From positions 67,213-131,212 of the IMG/VR virus record IMGVR_UViG_3300044846_003114: a stretch of 64,000 nt of DNA; one strand, written 5' to 3'. The stretch comes from a virus. Its lineage: Duplodnaviria > Caudoviricetes. A model generated the notes under the pieces. It was not told where the DNA came from, made no database searches, and was given only the letters and a program-made list of their open reading frames with translations. A program made the position numbers and the translations under genes. Positions 18,906 to 29,329 of this stretch are shown here, piece after piece (position 1 is the first letter of the stretch; every line of letters starts with the position of its first letter).

Positions 18906-19543
18906 TGAAATTTGAAAACATTATTATTGAAATGATTCAACATGATGTTGATGAGATTGCAACGAAAGAAAAAGAACTCGTTGGTAAAGGAGCATTTCAT
19001 AATGTGTACCCATCAAATAAAAATCCAAATATAGTTTATAAGATTGGGTTTGATGAAGATGTTAATGGTTGGGTGGATTTATTTAAAAGCCGTCCCGATA
19101 TTTTTCCAAAGGTATATGGTGCCGGTCACGTTGACATCAAATTGAAAAAACAAGTAACCAACTTCTCTTGGAGAACTGGTGAGTTTAAACCAATTACATA
19201 TAACCCCGGTGACACTGTTAAAGTAAAGTACGTTGCGGTTGAGAGGTTGAATACCGAGAAAGCAAAACAACATTGGAATTCATTGGCTAATGTTATCTCA
19301 ACAATGTCAGGTAAATCATTACAAACATATCTTACAAGTTTGGGGATGGATGAGGAAATGGAGGAAGAATTTTTATCTCTCGGTGAAAAACTAAAAGAAA
19401 CGGGTAATGAATTCATTTACAAAATCTTTGTTGAGTTATATAATCTTGTTCATTCTGTATACGAATTGAAACCAACTGCAGATGTTCACGTCGGTAACTA
19501 TGGGTATGATAAGGATGGTAATCTAAAATGCTTGGATATTTAA
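18905..19543 (+). CDS. minimal protein-kinase-like fold protein
   Basis: VGKGAFHNVY, VYKI, DVHVGN, CLDI. Confidence 0.75.
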   Translation: MKFENIIIEMIQHDVDEIATKEKELVGKGAFHNVYPSNKNPNIVYKIGFDEDVNGWVDLFKSRPDIFPKVYGAGHVDIKLKKQVTNFSWRTGEFKPITYNPGDTVKVKYVAVERLNTEKAKQHWNSLANVISTMSGKSLQTYLTSLGMDEEMEEEFLSLGEKLKETGNEFIYKIFVELYNLVHSVYELKPTADVHVGNYGYDKDGNLKCLDI

Positions 19544-19547
19544 TATT

Positions 19548-20705
19548 ATGAAATTACTCGATTCTTTATTTGAGGCGGTTGTTGATATTAGTGAAATAAC
19601 TAAAATGACTCGAGATGAATTTATTGAAAGGGCCAAAAAAGTTCATGGTGACAAATATAATTACACTAAAGTAAATTATATTAATACTGAGACACCTGTC
19701 GAAATTATTTGTAATAAAAAAGATAAAGACGGTAATGAACACGGGCCATGGAGAACATTACCAACAAAACATATGAAGTCTGTTGGAGGTTCAATATGCC
19801 CAAAATGCAACGCCGAACGTTTGAGAGAACTATACTCATCAACAACCGATGAATTTATTGAAAGGGCCAAAAAAGTTCACGGAAACAAATACGATTATAG
19901 TAAAGTAAACTACGTTAATGTTTATGAACCGGTAACCATTATTTGTCATAAAAAAGACGAAAATGATGTTGAGCACGGTTCTTTTAGTCAAACACCAAAA
20001 AGTCATTACGGAGGTAGTGGTTGTCCAAAATGTGGTGTGGAAAAAATGAGACAACAATATTCATTGACAACCGATGAGTTTATTGATAGGGCGAAAAAAG
20101 TTCACGGAGACAAATACGATTATAGTGAAACTAAATATGTAAATGCACTTACGCCAGTTTTAGTAATTTGTCACGAAAAAAATAAAGACGGTGATGAACA
20201 CGGCCCGTTTTTACAATTACCGAGAAATCACACTAGAGGTAGTGGTTGTCCCATATGTGCTAGTTCTAAAGGGGAGAGTGTAATAAAGGAACTTTTGGAC
20301 AAACAAGGAATAAAATATATTCAAGAATACCAAAATAAATATTGTACCTCTTTTAAAAATAGAACGAAAAAATGTACATTATTAGAATTTGACTTTTATT
20401 TATCTGAGATGAATGTCTTAATTGAATTTGATGGTGTGTACCATTTTAAAAAATATCATTCAAACACAAATGATGATTTTATGTCAAGTGTGTTAAATGA
20501 TAGAGAAAAAAATAGTTTTACAAAATTGAAAGGGATAAAATTAATTCGTATTTCTTATTTAGATAATGATAATATTGTTGATGAGGTTATTAATGGACTT
20601 AAAAGTAAAGAACAACTTTATTTAAGTACAAATTACCCGAGGGGTAAGGGGTGGGACAATGATAATTTTCAACCAACAACTAAGTTTATTAAAAAATACA
20701 CATAA
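19548..20705 (+). CDS. DUF723-like zinc-ribbon repeat + PD-(D/E)XK/Vsr-like endonuclease
   Basis: three TTDEFIERAKKVHG.KY.Y...C..HG...GCP.C repeats; C-terminal SKGE...FDFYL...IEFDG.YH...D.EK...LIRI. Confidence 0.85.
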   Translation: MKLLDSLFEAVVDISEITKMTRDEFIERAKKVHGDKYNYTKVNYINTETPVEIICNKKDKDGNEHGPWRTLPTKHMKSVGGSICPKCNAERLRELYSSTTDEFIERAKKVHGNKYDYSKVNYVNVYEPVTIICHKKDENDVEHGSFSQTPKSHYGGSGCPKCGVEKMRQQYSLTTDEFIDRAKKVHGDKYDYSETKYVNALTPVLVICHEKNKDGDEHGPFLQLPRNHTRGSGCPICASSKGESVIKELLDKQGIKYIQEYQNKYCTSFKNRTKKCTLLEFDFYLSEMNVLIEFDGVYHFKKYHSNTNDDFMSSVLNDREKNSFTKLKGIKLIRISYLDNDNIVDEVINGLKSKEQLYLSTNYPRGKGWDNDNFQPTTKFIKKYT

Positions 20706-20708
20706 AAC

Positions 20709-21020
20709 ATGAAATTAACAGACATACTAACGGAATCGAAGTCATTCGATGAGTTCGCAGAAAAAAGAATGGGTGGGGCATCTAAGATTGCAAATAATGC
20801 AAAAGAGAAGGGAGGACCATCAATGTTGACATATCACCATTTTAAGGTGAAACTTCCTTATTATAAGAAAGCATCTGAAGGTAAATTTGATATGGAAGAA
20901 TCGAAGAAAGAGTTTATTAAAACATTAAAAAGTATATCTTTAGAAATGAACCAAACCGAATTTCAAACAGAGGTTGGTCGTTTAGAGGTACTTGGTGAAC
21001 TTATAATAAAACATAAATAA
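20709..21020 (+). CDS. hypothetical protein with MKLTDILTE leader
   Basis: ORF in late operon. Confidence 0.7.
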   Translation: MKLTDILTESKSFDEFAEKRMGGASKIANNAKEKGGPSMLTYHHFKVKLPYYKKASEGKFDMEESKKEFIKTLKSISLEMNQTEFQTEVGRLEVLGELIIKHK

Positions 21021-21532
21021 TGAAATTATTAGACATTTTAAAAGAACAAGGATGGTCAAACCCTGAAAAGGCGGCATCTGGACCACAAAAGTGTGGGATT
21101 ACAAAAGGTAATGACGGGTCAAGTAATAGAGAAATGAGACAACAGGATAGAGAGCTTGCGGCAAGTAATAGAGCCGAATCCAAAGCAAATTCCGCAGAAC
21201 TTAAGAAGACTTTTGATATGAGATACAGTAGAGATAATGAACCTTTAGATAAAGCAACCAGAAATCAAATCTTTGGTGAATACAAACAGTTTAACCAAGG
21301 TTTATTAGATGGAGGTTCATATTCTCCCGAACAAAAATTTGCAGTCTTATATAAGGTTTATGATTGGGTTAAGAACGTACCGAGTATATCATACACCAAA
21401 AAATTATCAGTTAAATTTAACAATCCAAATATAAAATCAATCTCTCTTGAACAACTTGCGGGTTATGCAAATCAAATGGGATGGGACAATTTTATAAATT
21501 GGTATAATGCAGGTGGACCTGTCATTAAGTAA
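21020..21532 (+). CDS. hypothetical protein with MKLLDILKE leader
   Basis: ORF in late operon. Confidence 0.7.
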   Translation: MKLLDILKEQGWSNPEKAASGPQKCGITKGNDGSSNREMRQQDRELAASNRAESKANSAELKKTFDMRYSRDNEPLDKATRNQIFGEYKQFNQGLLDGGSYSPEQKFAVLYKVYDWVKNVPSISYTKKLSVKFNNPNIKSISLEQLAGYANQMGWDNFINWYNAGGPVIK

Positions 21533-21669
21533 GATACCTCCGGTTTGAAGACCGGACTTAGGGCCGGGACTAGTTACTAATCCCGTTGGGACAAGAATTC
21601 GCTACTCTTGTCCCTTTTTTATTTAAATTATTTAACAAATCTGTATATTTATAAGGATACAATATCAAA

Positions 21670-22026
21670 ATGGGAAAAAAAATCAAAATTACAGAAGAGC
21701 AATTAAAGAAAATAATTGCGTCTAAACAAGTTAACGAACAATTTGGGTGGGGTGGTGAAGAAAAGGATGTGGCTAGTGAAACAGAAAGAATGATTAATAG
21801 TTTTGTTAGTCAATATAAGGATTTGGTTGCAGGTTCGGACTTCGATAATGAAGAATCTTTATTAAATGCTTGTGATGTATTAAAATCTAAATTATGTGGT
21901 AATAATGAACCGGTAGATTATACAATGGGTAGTGATGATGAAAATATGTTACCGAATCCACCATCTGAAATTGAAATGAACGAATCGGTAATCAAAATAA
22001 AATCGGAATTTAATAGATTTTTATAA
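21670..22026 (+). CDS. hypothetical protein with KKIKITEEQL leader
   Basis: TATTTATA upstream, terminator downstream. Confidence 0.7.
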   Translation: MGKKIKITEEQLKKIIASKQVNEQFGWGGEEKDVASETERMINSFVSQYKDLVAGSDFDNEESLLNACDVLKSKLCGNNEPVDYTMGSDDENMLPNPPSEIEMNESVIKIKSEFNRFL

Positions 22027-22057
22027 TATTAAAAACCCTCACAATGAGGGTTTTTTT

Positions 22058-22276
22058 ATGCCCATGGAGAAACAAAAATGTAATTTTATTGGTTGTTGTA
22101 GAGACGCAGAATATAAAGAAACATATAAAGTTCTTGATAGTAATTTAGGTCTATACTCGTTCACAACCAATTTATGTACAAAACACTTTTGGGAGATTCA
22201 TAACTTCAAGGAAAAGGTTATTGGCGACTTTTCAGTGTTCTTTAAGGAGAATCCAGATAAATCCTATCACGTATAG
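22058..22276 (+). CDS. small Cys/His protein
   Basis: C....C ... LC..H zinc-binding pattern. Confidence 0.55.
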   Translation: MPMEKQKCNFIGCCRDAEYKETYKVLDSNLGLYSFTTNLCTKHFWEIHNFKEKVIGDFSVFFKENPDKSYHV

Positions 22277-22288
22277 TATTTATACTAT

Positions 22289-22897
22289 ATGAAAATAGTA
22301 TTAACTGAAAATCAATACAAATCTATTATTCTTGAAGAAACGAATGGTATTGATTCATTTATTGATGAGTTATTAACCGCTTACCCAAGATTGGAGTCTC
22401 ATATTGATTTAGTTAAGAAATTCATAGAAGAATCAAATTGTCAAAATATTGAATTTGGTACCTTTAAGTTACCGGCTGCAGGTATATCATTACACAACAA
22501 AGTTGTTATAAATAAGAAGGTATTAAAATACACATTAGAAAATACCTTATTTGTTATTTTCCACGAAGTCGCTCACCAATACCAATACAAGAAATATGGT
22601 TCAGGTATGATGCATAGATTTTATGTTGGGGAAGTTGATATGGATGAGGCGGTTAGATTTTTAAAATATACGGAAAATGTTGCGGATCAATTTGGGTTGA
22701 GAAAGTGTAGGGAATTTGTTAAATTAGGTTTACTAACCAAAGAATATGTTCCTGAAATGGGGGGATATGACAATTATAGTGATATGATGTTTGTAAACTA
22801 TCTTAATATGCTTAGAGATAAAATAAAAGAAAGTGGTGAAACGGACGATGAAAAAATAAGTGAGTCTCTTTATAACTGGGCAATTGTAAAATTATAA
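22289..22897 (+). CDS. HExxH zinc metallopeptidase-like protein
   Basis: IFHEVAHQYQ...E..AD. Confidence 0.7.
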   Translation: MKIVLTENQYKSIILEETNGIDSFIDELLTAYPRLESHIDLVKKFIEESNCQNIEFGTFKLPAAGISLHNKVVINKKVLKYTLENTLFVIFHEVAHQYQYKKYGSGMMHRFYVGEVDMDEAVRFLKYTENVADQFGLRKCREFVKLGLLTKEYVPEMGGYDNYSDMMFVNYLNMLRDKIKESGETDDEKISESLYNWAIVKL

Positions 22898-22898
22898 T

Positions 22899-23357
22899 AT
22901 GAAAATAGTATTAACAGAATCACAATTAAAGTATATTATTGAATCTGAAAAAAACGGAGTCATACATTGTGATGGTTGCGGGTGGGAGTGGAAAAAATCG
23001 GATGGTGGTAAAGACCCCTATACTTGTCACAAATGTGGTCATGTTAACAAAGAAGAAGATATTGATGAGAGGAGTAGAAGTTTTGCATTTACAAGAAAAA
23101 AAAGATTATTTAGTGAACCTGAAAGAATGTCTAATCCGTTGAGGTATAAAGAAGTGGATAGACTAAAAGAAGATGATGAAGGGGAAAGAAAAGATGTTTA
23201 TAGTTCTTTAACCGACAAACAAATAAAAAGTATTGACGACTTAAACAAGGATGCAAAATTCTTGAAGTGTAAAGCGTGTAGGAAATTATACACCCAAACC
23301 ACATATAAAAAGAAAAAATCGTTACCCATTTGTCCTTGGTGTGGGAAACATAATTAA
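22899..23357 (+). CDS. double zinc-ribbon protein
   Basis: CDGC/CHKC and CKAC/CPWC pairs; MKIVLTESQL leader. Confidence 0.7.
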   Translation: MKIVLTESQLKYIIESEKNGVIHCDGCGWEWKKSDGGKDPYTCHKCGHVNKEEDIDERSRSFAFTRKKRLFSEPERMSNPLRYKEVDRLKEDDEGERKDVYSSLTDKQIKSIDDLNKDAKFLKCKACRKLYTQTTYKKKKSLPICPWCGKHN

Positions 23358-23390
23358 TAGCGATTAGATATTTATTTAAAAACCAGATTA

Positions 23391-24617
23391 ATGAAACGAA
23401 TTATTTTTACAGAAAGCCAAATGAAAATGGTTTTGAATGACATTATAAATGAACAAGTTGGCTTTGAAAGACAAGATAATGTCAATACTATTGTATCAAC
23501 AAAAGACCCTAAACACTCCAAATTTTTTGCAACCAAGGATTTGGGTTATATGGTAAAAAGGGCTGGTTTAAGATGGAATCAAAACACCAAAAGTATTGTG
23601 CCTGATGAAGAAATGGATAGGGAATTTGCTGAAAATGTTGCAAATATGAAATCTATGATGGATGGAACATCTGCACAGGTTTTTGATAGTATGTTAACTA
23701 AAAATCCAAACTTTTATTATTATTGTGTATTTCTTTTTATTAATGGTCAGTTTGGAACTCAAACTAAAAATAAAAAAATTGTTGTTGATAATCAAACAAC
23801 AATAAAGCAAGAGATGGTTAGTCCGGGTCAAGAGGGTAAGGAGATTGAAATTCCAAACGTCGAGCAGGGATATGAAATGGTTACTCCTCCGTCGGTTGAA
23901 CAACCGATGCAATTTCAATTTAATGAGGCAATAATGACCCCTCAATTTATTCAATACATTAATGAAACTATTTTTGGTGGTATTGATCAAGCTATTAGTA
24001 ATATGACCGCTCAATTAGAAAAAGATGGTAGACAAGCTGTAGACGTTTACATAAACAAATTACAAATTACCTCATCTAGTTCAACAATACCGAACGGACA
24101 AAGTAAACAAACGTTTCCAGGAAAAGTTCCAACATTTAAAGAATTATCAGATGCCAGAGCAAAAGTAGTATACGATTATTTGGTGGATGGGTTAACCAAA
24201 AGAAAGGCACAATTCAATCAACAGGGTATCGTAATTAATAGTAATGGTACGAATGCAGGTAAAATGATAACTGTTAAGAGCGGAAATAAAATGATTGAGC
24301 TTGATGGGACAGGTACAAGTGGGGATGCGTATGTTGGTCAGGATAAACAAGAATTGGTTAAAAATCAAAGAGTTGACATGTCATTTGCATTTGCAGTTAG
24401 AGGTACTAATCCCCCAAAAACAGGAAAGGTTACAATCGATTCAATTCCACCACAATTTGCACCCGTAGAAGTTACCGATTTTATAATTAGATTTACCGCC
24501 ACCGGTAGAAATATACTTAAGTTAAGACCTAACATTAATCTTAGAATTACATTACCGAGAATATCGTTAAGGGGTTTATTTGGAAGAGGAACAAGTATGC
24601 CGTGTCCTAAACTCTAA
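23391..24617 (+). CDS. protein with OmpA-like C-terminal peptidoglycan-binding domain
   Basis: FQFNEA...SSSS...LSDARAKVVYDYL...NQRVD. Confidence 0.55.
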   Translation: MKRIIFTESQMKMVLNDIINEQVGFERQDNVNTIVSTKDPKHSKFFATKDLGYMVKRAGLRWNQNTKSIVPDEEMDREFAENVANMKSMMDGTSAQVFDSMLTKNPNFYYYCVFLFINGQFGTQTKNKKIVVDNQTTIKQEMVSPGQEGKEIEIPNVEQGYEMVTPPSVEQPMQFQFNEAIMTPQFIQYINETIFGGIDQAISNMTAQLEKDGRQAVDVYINKLQITSSSSTIPNGQSKQTFPGKVPTFKELSDARAKVVYDYLVDGLTKRKAQFNQQGIVINSNGTNAGKMITVKSGNKMIELDGTGTSGDAYVGQDKQELVKNQRVDMSFAFAVRGTNPPKTGKVTIDSIPPQFAPVEVTDFIIRFTATGRNILKLRPNINLRITLPRISLRGLFGRGTSMPCPKL

Positions 24618-25177
24618 TTTAAAGCAACAAAACAAAAATACAAGGTTTTACTTTCACTATAACGATGTGATAAGTAAAACCTTTTTATATTAGGATTAAG
24701 AAGTAATTCGTTATGACTTTTTGAATATTTCCATTTTAAAAAGCAATACTTGGCAATGTTATAATTTGACACAACCCCTGTTGCCATTTCATTTTTTACA
24801 TAATTTAATTCTTTAAGTTCTATTTCAATTGTGTCTCCTTTTTCATTTATTATTTTTTTAAAATGTTGATAGTTAGGTTTGTCTGTTTGAGTTGGGGTTT
24901 TAAATACAACAATATTTTCATAAGCCTCAGTATACTTTAATCCTCTATTAAACACCTTTTCAAAAAATCCCTTGTGACTATAATCTAAAATTATATCGTT
25001 ACAACGTTCATCGGAAAAATCTTTTATTGACTCATCTAATAAAATCCTATGAAGACCATTAGTTGTTCGATATTCATTAATAATCTCTTCAAAATGTAAT
25101 ATAATAGATTTTTCATTATATACAGGAGTTGAGAACCCAAATATTGGTAGGGATAATAGGATTAAAATTTTCTTCAT
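24614..25177 (-). CDS. secreted CAP/SCP domain protein
   Basis: signal peptide; INEYR..NGL, SH, ENI, W..S.SH..LLL.P. Confidence 0.8.
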   Translation of the reverse strand: MKKILILLSLPIFGFSTPVYNEKSIILHFEEIINEYRTTNGLHRILLDESIKDFSDERCNDIILDYSHKGFFEKVFNRGLKYTEAYENIVVFKTPTQTDKPNYQHFKKIINEKGDTIEIELKELNYVKNEMATGVVSNYNIAKYCFLKWKYSKSHNELLLNPNIKRFYLSHRYSESKTLYFCFVALN

Positions 25178-25284
25178 AAACCGAATTTTCACAAAAATAT
25201 AGAATATTTCCGAATCTACTAAATTTCTTTATATCTATTGTTTGGATATTTATTGATAAATAAACATTTAATCAAATACAAATT

Positions 25285-26127
25285 ATGTTACTAAAATTAG
25301 GATCTGAAGGAGAAGACGTAAAAAAACTCCAAATTAAATTGGGTGTAGACCCAATAGGTAAGTTTGGGCCAAAGACTGAGGCCGCAGTTAAATCTTGGCA
25401 ATCTGCTAATGGGTTAACTGCCGACGGTATTGTTGGTGATGGTACTTGGGGTAAATTATTTGCTGAGGGTACAGTATCTGCACCTACGGTAATTACTGAA
25501 CCAGCACCTGTTGCTAGTGTAGGGGGATTAAAATTAGAAAAATTAAAGGGACATATTCCCGATTCGGTTATTAAAATGATACCCGATACTGCGGCTAAAT
25601 TTCAAATTAACACACCATTAAGACTTGCACATTTCTTGGCTCAATGTGGTCACGAATCAGGAGGATTTAGAGCAACAAAAGAAAATTTAAATTATTCAGC
25701 TAAAGGATTAGTTGGTACTTTTAAAAAGTACTTCCCTACTGAGGCAGCTGCGAAACCATACGAAAGACAACCTGCTAAGATTGCAAATAAAGTTTATGGA
25801 AATAGAATGGGTAATGGTCCTGAATCATCAGGTGAAGGTGCAAAATTCTGTGGACGTGGTTATATCCAATTAACTGGTAAAGAAAACTACACCGCATTTG
25901 GTAAATCAATCAATGAAGACATTTTATCAAATCCTGATAAAGTCGCTTCGGATTATGCGTTATTATCAGCAGCTTGGTTCTTCTCAAAGAACGGTCTACA
26001 TAAAATGGCAGATGGTGGAGCAACCGATGCTGTTGTTACTTCAATCACAAAAAGAGTAAATGGTGGAACTATCGGATTAGCAGATAGGATAAAACACTTT
26101 AAAGAATATTATTCGTTATTATCATAA
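25285..26127 (+). CDS. endolysin: peptidoglycan-binding domain + GH19 lysozyme
   Basis: LK.GS.G.DVK.LQ...DGIVG..T; AHFLAQ.GHESG, ENLNYS, GRGYIQLTG..NY, TKRVNGG.IGL.DR. Confidence 0.92.
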   Translation: MLLKLGSEGEDVKKLQIKLGVDPIGKFGPKTEAAVKSWQSANGLTADGIVGDGTWGKLFAEGTVSAPTVITEPAPVASVGGLKLEKLKGHIPDSVIKMIPDTAAKFQINTPLRLAHFLAQCGHESGGFRATKENLNYSAKGLVGTFKKYFPTEAAAKPYERQPAKIANKVYGNRMGNGPESSGEGAKFCGRGYIQLTGKENYTAFGKSINEDILSNPDKVASDYALLSAAWFFSKNGLHKMADGGATDAVVTSITKRVNGGTIGLADRIKHFKEYYSLLS

Positions 26128-26156
26128 ATAAAAAAGGGACATTAAGTCCCTTTTTT

Positions 26157-27923
26157 TTATAACTCTTCTTCACCATCCTGTTGAGGTTCTTGTGGTACCT
26201 CAGGATTAGGTTGTTGTACTTTTTCTTTTTTCTTCTTAGGGGGTAAACCGTGTTGAATATCACCATATTTTCCACCCTCATAACCAACCATAGTCGGTAC
26301 TCTTTTTCCTTCGATTACAGTTAATCTATGAGACAAATCTTCTTCCCACATTTGTTTACTAATTAAATAACCTAACGCTTCACCACCGTCAGATAATGTT
26401 GGGTTATCGATTATTACGTAGAAAGCATCTCCATTATCTGCAGAATAAGATTTAACGGCATATCTTTTACCTTGCTCATCTTCAGTTCTCATCATTTTTT
26501 CTTCAGAGAATCTGTCATTATATTCTATTTTAGTTGTACCATCCATTACCCATTCAAATGAACTGATATGATAGATACCAAATAAATGAGAAGACTTGCT
26601 TTGATAAATTCTATAATTGTCGTCTTTTTGTCCTTTTCTAACAAGAATATAATCTTTTTGCATAAAATCATTAACGAGGTATTCAATACCAGGTTTTCCG
26701 ATTTGTTTTAATTTTCTATCTAGTTTTTCACGATATGGAAAATCGGGAGGACTTGTTTTTAATATTGCAGTTAATAACTTACTATTTGAAATTCTTGATG
26801 TTGCATCGTGTAATTGCATCATCGTAATGTAAGTTGTTTTTAATTCAGGAGTCATTGCATTCCAAGAATCAACTTCTTTAATTTTACCTCCGATACTAAT
26901 GTACTCTGTCATTCTTTGTGGCGTCTGTGCTGAGAATTCATTTGGATCACCAGGAGTTTCATTAATCATATCCGTAACTTTTGCGGATTCTAATTCATCT
27001 TGAGATAATGCTCTCCATTCAAATTTTTCCCTTTCTCCATCCAATTGAGGCCAAGTACTAACAATAAAATCCCAACTTTTGGTTTCGTCTCCGTCATTAA
27101 ACATTGAACTTACAGTATAAGAACCATAGTTGTTTATTTGGATTGCTGCCATATGAAATCTTGCTTCATTGACATCATCACTTAAATAATTTCTGTTATC
27201 ATCAATAAGGAAATAGAATGTTTTCTTATCACTTCTTCTATAATATCCATACTGATTGGTACCGTTACCGTAAAGATAATTTCCTTCATCGTCAGTAATT
27301 CTAACATCTCCCCTCCATGTAACACACCAAGGTGAGTTTATTCTACCGTTTCTTCTAAATTTAATATACTGGTCTCTATGTAAAGATTGATAGTAATAAC
27401 CCATTCTTTTTGCATGAGTCTCACTTAATACTTTATATACCCTTACACCACCTTTATTTATAATACAATTCTCATCACTAAACCACATTGGTTTTGATGC
27501 CTCAATTTTTGCTACGTTTGGTTGGTTACCATCAGATGCAAATATTGCATCAAGTTTAGCCTTTTCATCCTCAGCATCATTTTCCTTTTCTTCACCACCC
27601 AATTCAAATTTACCAAATTCAACTAAAAAAGAAACGAGGTCTTTAAATGTAAAAACTTGTATTTGTTTTAAGTCATTTAATTCGTATTTCTTCTTATCAG
27701 GAAACCTACCGTCGTGTCTTTTTAAAAATCTTAAGACACCTGAATTCTCAATAGAAATTTGATTTTTAATGTTGGTGTGTCTATTAAAGACTTTTTCTCC
27801 TTGCTCGTCTGTTAACTCGGGAACCTCAGTTCTCCATTTAGTCATTAGTTCGTTGAAAAAGGTTTTTTGATTTGCTTTTATCTCCTCAAAAACCATATCA
27901 AATATTAAATCATTAATCTTCAT
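26157..27923 (-). CDS. large hypothetical protein with MKINDL leader
   Basis: 588 aa; SPWCVT...Y..YR...FYFLID domain related to 12377-13015. Confidence 0.8.
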   Translation of the reverse strand: MKINDLIFDMVFEEIKANQKTFFNELMTKWRTEVPELTDEQGEKVFNRHTNIKNQISIENSGVLRFLKRHDGRFPDKKKYELNDLKQIQVFTFKDLVSFLVEFGKFELGGEEKENDAEDEKAKLDAIFASDGNQPNVAKIEASKPMWFSDENCIINKGGVRVYKVLSETHAKRMGYYYQSLHRDQYIKFRRNGRINSPWCVTWRGDVRITDDEGNYLYGNGTNQYGYYRRSDKKTFYFLIDDNRNYLSDDVNEARFHMAAIQINNYGSYTVSSMFNDGDETKSWDFIVSTWPQLDGEREKFEWRALSQDELESAKVTDMINETPGDPNEFSAQTPQRMTEYISIGGKIKEVDSWNAMTPELKTTYITMMQLHDATSRISNSKLLTAILKTSPPDFPYREKLDRKLKQIGKPGIEYLVNDFMQKDYILVRKGQKDDNYRIYQSKSSHLFGIYHISSFEWVMDGTTKIEYNDRFSEEKMMRTEDEQGKRYAVKSYSADNGDAFYVIIDNPTLSDGGEALGYLISKQMWEEDLSHRLTVIEGKRVPTMVGYEGGKYGDIQHGLPPKKKKEKVQQPNPEVPQEPQQDGEEEL

Positions 27924-27974
27924 AGTATATAAATATCCTATAAATATCTTTTTTTAGTGTTAAAATCAAGACTT

Positions 27975-28316
27975 TTATTGGGTTAATTGTGATTCCGATT
28001 TAATATATGTTTGTTTTAAGTTATCCAATTCATCTAAAATAGACTTACACATCTTTTCAATCATTAAGATTTTCATGAAATTATCCGCATTAGATTTATC
28101 AAACTCAGAATTGTAGTTATTTAAAAGAACCATTTTCATGAGATTGTCGTTCTCTGATTTTAACGTTCTTTCCTTTTTTCTTTGGAAATACTTCTTAGAA
28201 TTTTCACGGGTACACTCAATACAGTAATTGCTATGACCGTCCAAAACTAATTTGTTTTTGTAAAAATTGTCAATTGTTTTGGTTGTTTTACAACCTGAAC
28301 ATTTCTTTTCGTTCAT
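27975..28316 (-). CDS. zinc-finger protein
   Basis: KKCSGC..K...FYK....DG...YC.EC. Confidence 0.75.
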   Translation of the reverse strand: MNEKKCSGCKTTKTIDNFYKNKLVLDGHSNYCIECTRENSKKYFQRKKERTLKSENDNLMKMVLLNNYNSEFDKSNADNFMKILMIEKMCKSILDELDNLKQTYIKSESQLTQ

Positions 28317-28413
28317 CTTTTTATTGGTTTATTTATGATGCAAAAGTATGTATATTAAAAAAGATTACCAAATATTCTAAAAAAATATTTGTGTATAACT
28401 AAAATTACGTTAT

Positions 28414-28983
28414 ATGGGGGAACCAATACTTAAAATAGGTTACTATTCAATTTATCAAATAAAGACCACCAGAGGGGTGAAATATAAAGTTGATAGTGGT
28501 AAGACCATATACATCGAAAGGTTCAAAAAATACATCGTAAACCCCTATAGAGACACCAAGGAGTTTACTTCACTTGAGAAGGCTAAAGAATATGTTGGTC
28601 TTAAATTAGTAAAAAGAGGACAAGACAAAAAGAAAAAACTAGCAAAATTACCAAAATCATTATATCTCGTACTAATAAAAGAGGAATCCACAGGTAAAAC
28701 ATTTGTTAAGGTTGGGATAACCTCTAAACGTTTTATTATGAGGAGGTTTAGTAAAGCGTACGGTTATGAAGGTTATGTAGTTGAGTCGATACTAAGAAGG
28801 GTTGATACACCTAACGCTGAACATTTGGAAAGTGAGATTAAAGAAAAACTAAATAAAAAAAGGTCTGTAAAAAAATACAGACCAATTTTAGAATCTTTTT
28901 CAGGTTATTCTGAATGTTTTAATTATGATGGGTTAGACGAAATTGTTAAAATTTTCGATGAATTAGTTTCCAGAGGGTCTTAG
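28414..28983 (+). CDS. GIY-YIG/T5orf172-like nuclease domain protein
   Basis: LYLVLI...FVKVGITS...R.F...E...FSGYSECF. Confidence 0.65.
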   Translation: MGEPILKIGYYSIYQIKTTRGVKYKVDSGKTIYIERFKKYIVNPYRDTKEFTSLEKAKEYVGLKLVKRGQDKKKKLAKLPKSLYLVLIKEESTGKTFVKVGITSKRFIMRRFSKAYGYEGYVVESILRRVDTPNAEHLESEIKEKLNKKRSVKKYRPILESFSGYSECFNYDGLDEIVKIFDELVSRGS

Positions 28984-29328
28984 ACTATAAGCGATAATCA
29001 TACCCGGTTGTAATCCTTTAGGGTTACCTTTTAATAAATCATTATCGTGTAATATATTGTAATCTGAGTTAGCCCCTAATTTTTGAACTAATCCACTTAT
29101 TGTATCACCTGCTTTAACAACATATAACTTGTTAGTTTTGTCTTGGTCTAACATTTTAATCATCCCAGATGAAAATGCAAATCTACCATTTGGGTATTTT
29201 TTCATTTGTTGTGAAATTGGGGGATTACCGTACACTGCGTTAAAACTAGCATCTGGACTCATTTGTTCACTTAATTGTGAATCTATAATTTTTTTTAATT
29301 GACCTTCTGTGAATATATATTTTTTCAT
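28963..29328 (-). CDS. LysM domain protein
   Basis: YVVKAGDTISGL...N.L...P..LQPG. Confidence 0.75.
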   Translation of the reverse strand: MKKYIFTEGQLKKIIDSQLSEQMSPDASFNAVYGNPPISQQMKKYPNGRFAFSSGMIKMLDQDKTNKLYVVKAGDTISGLVQKLGANSDYNILHDNDLLKGNPKGLQPGMIIAYSLRPSGN

Positions 29329-29329
29329 A

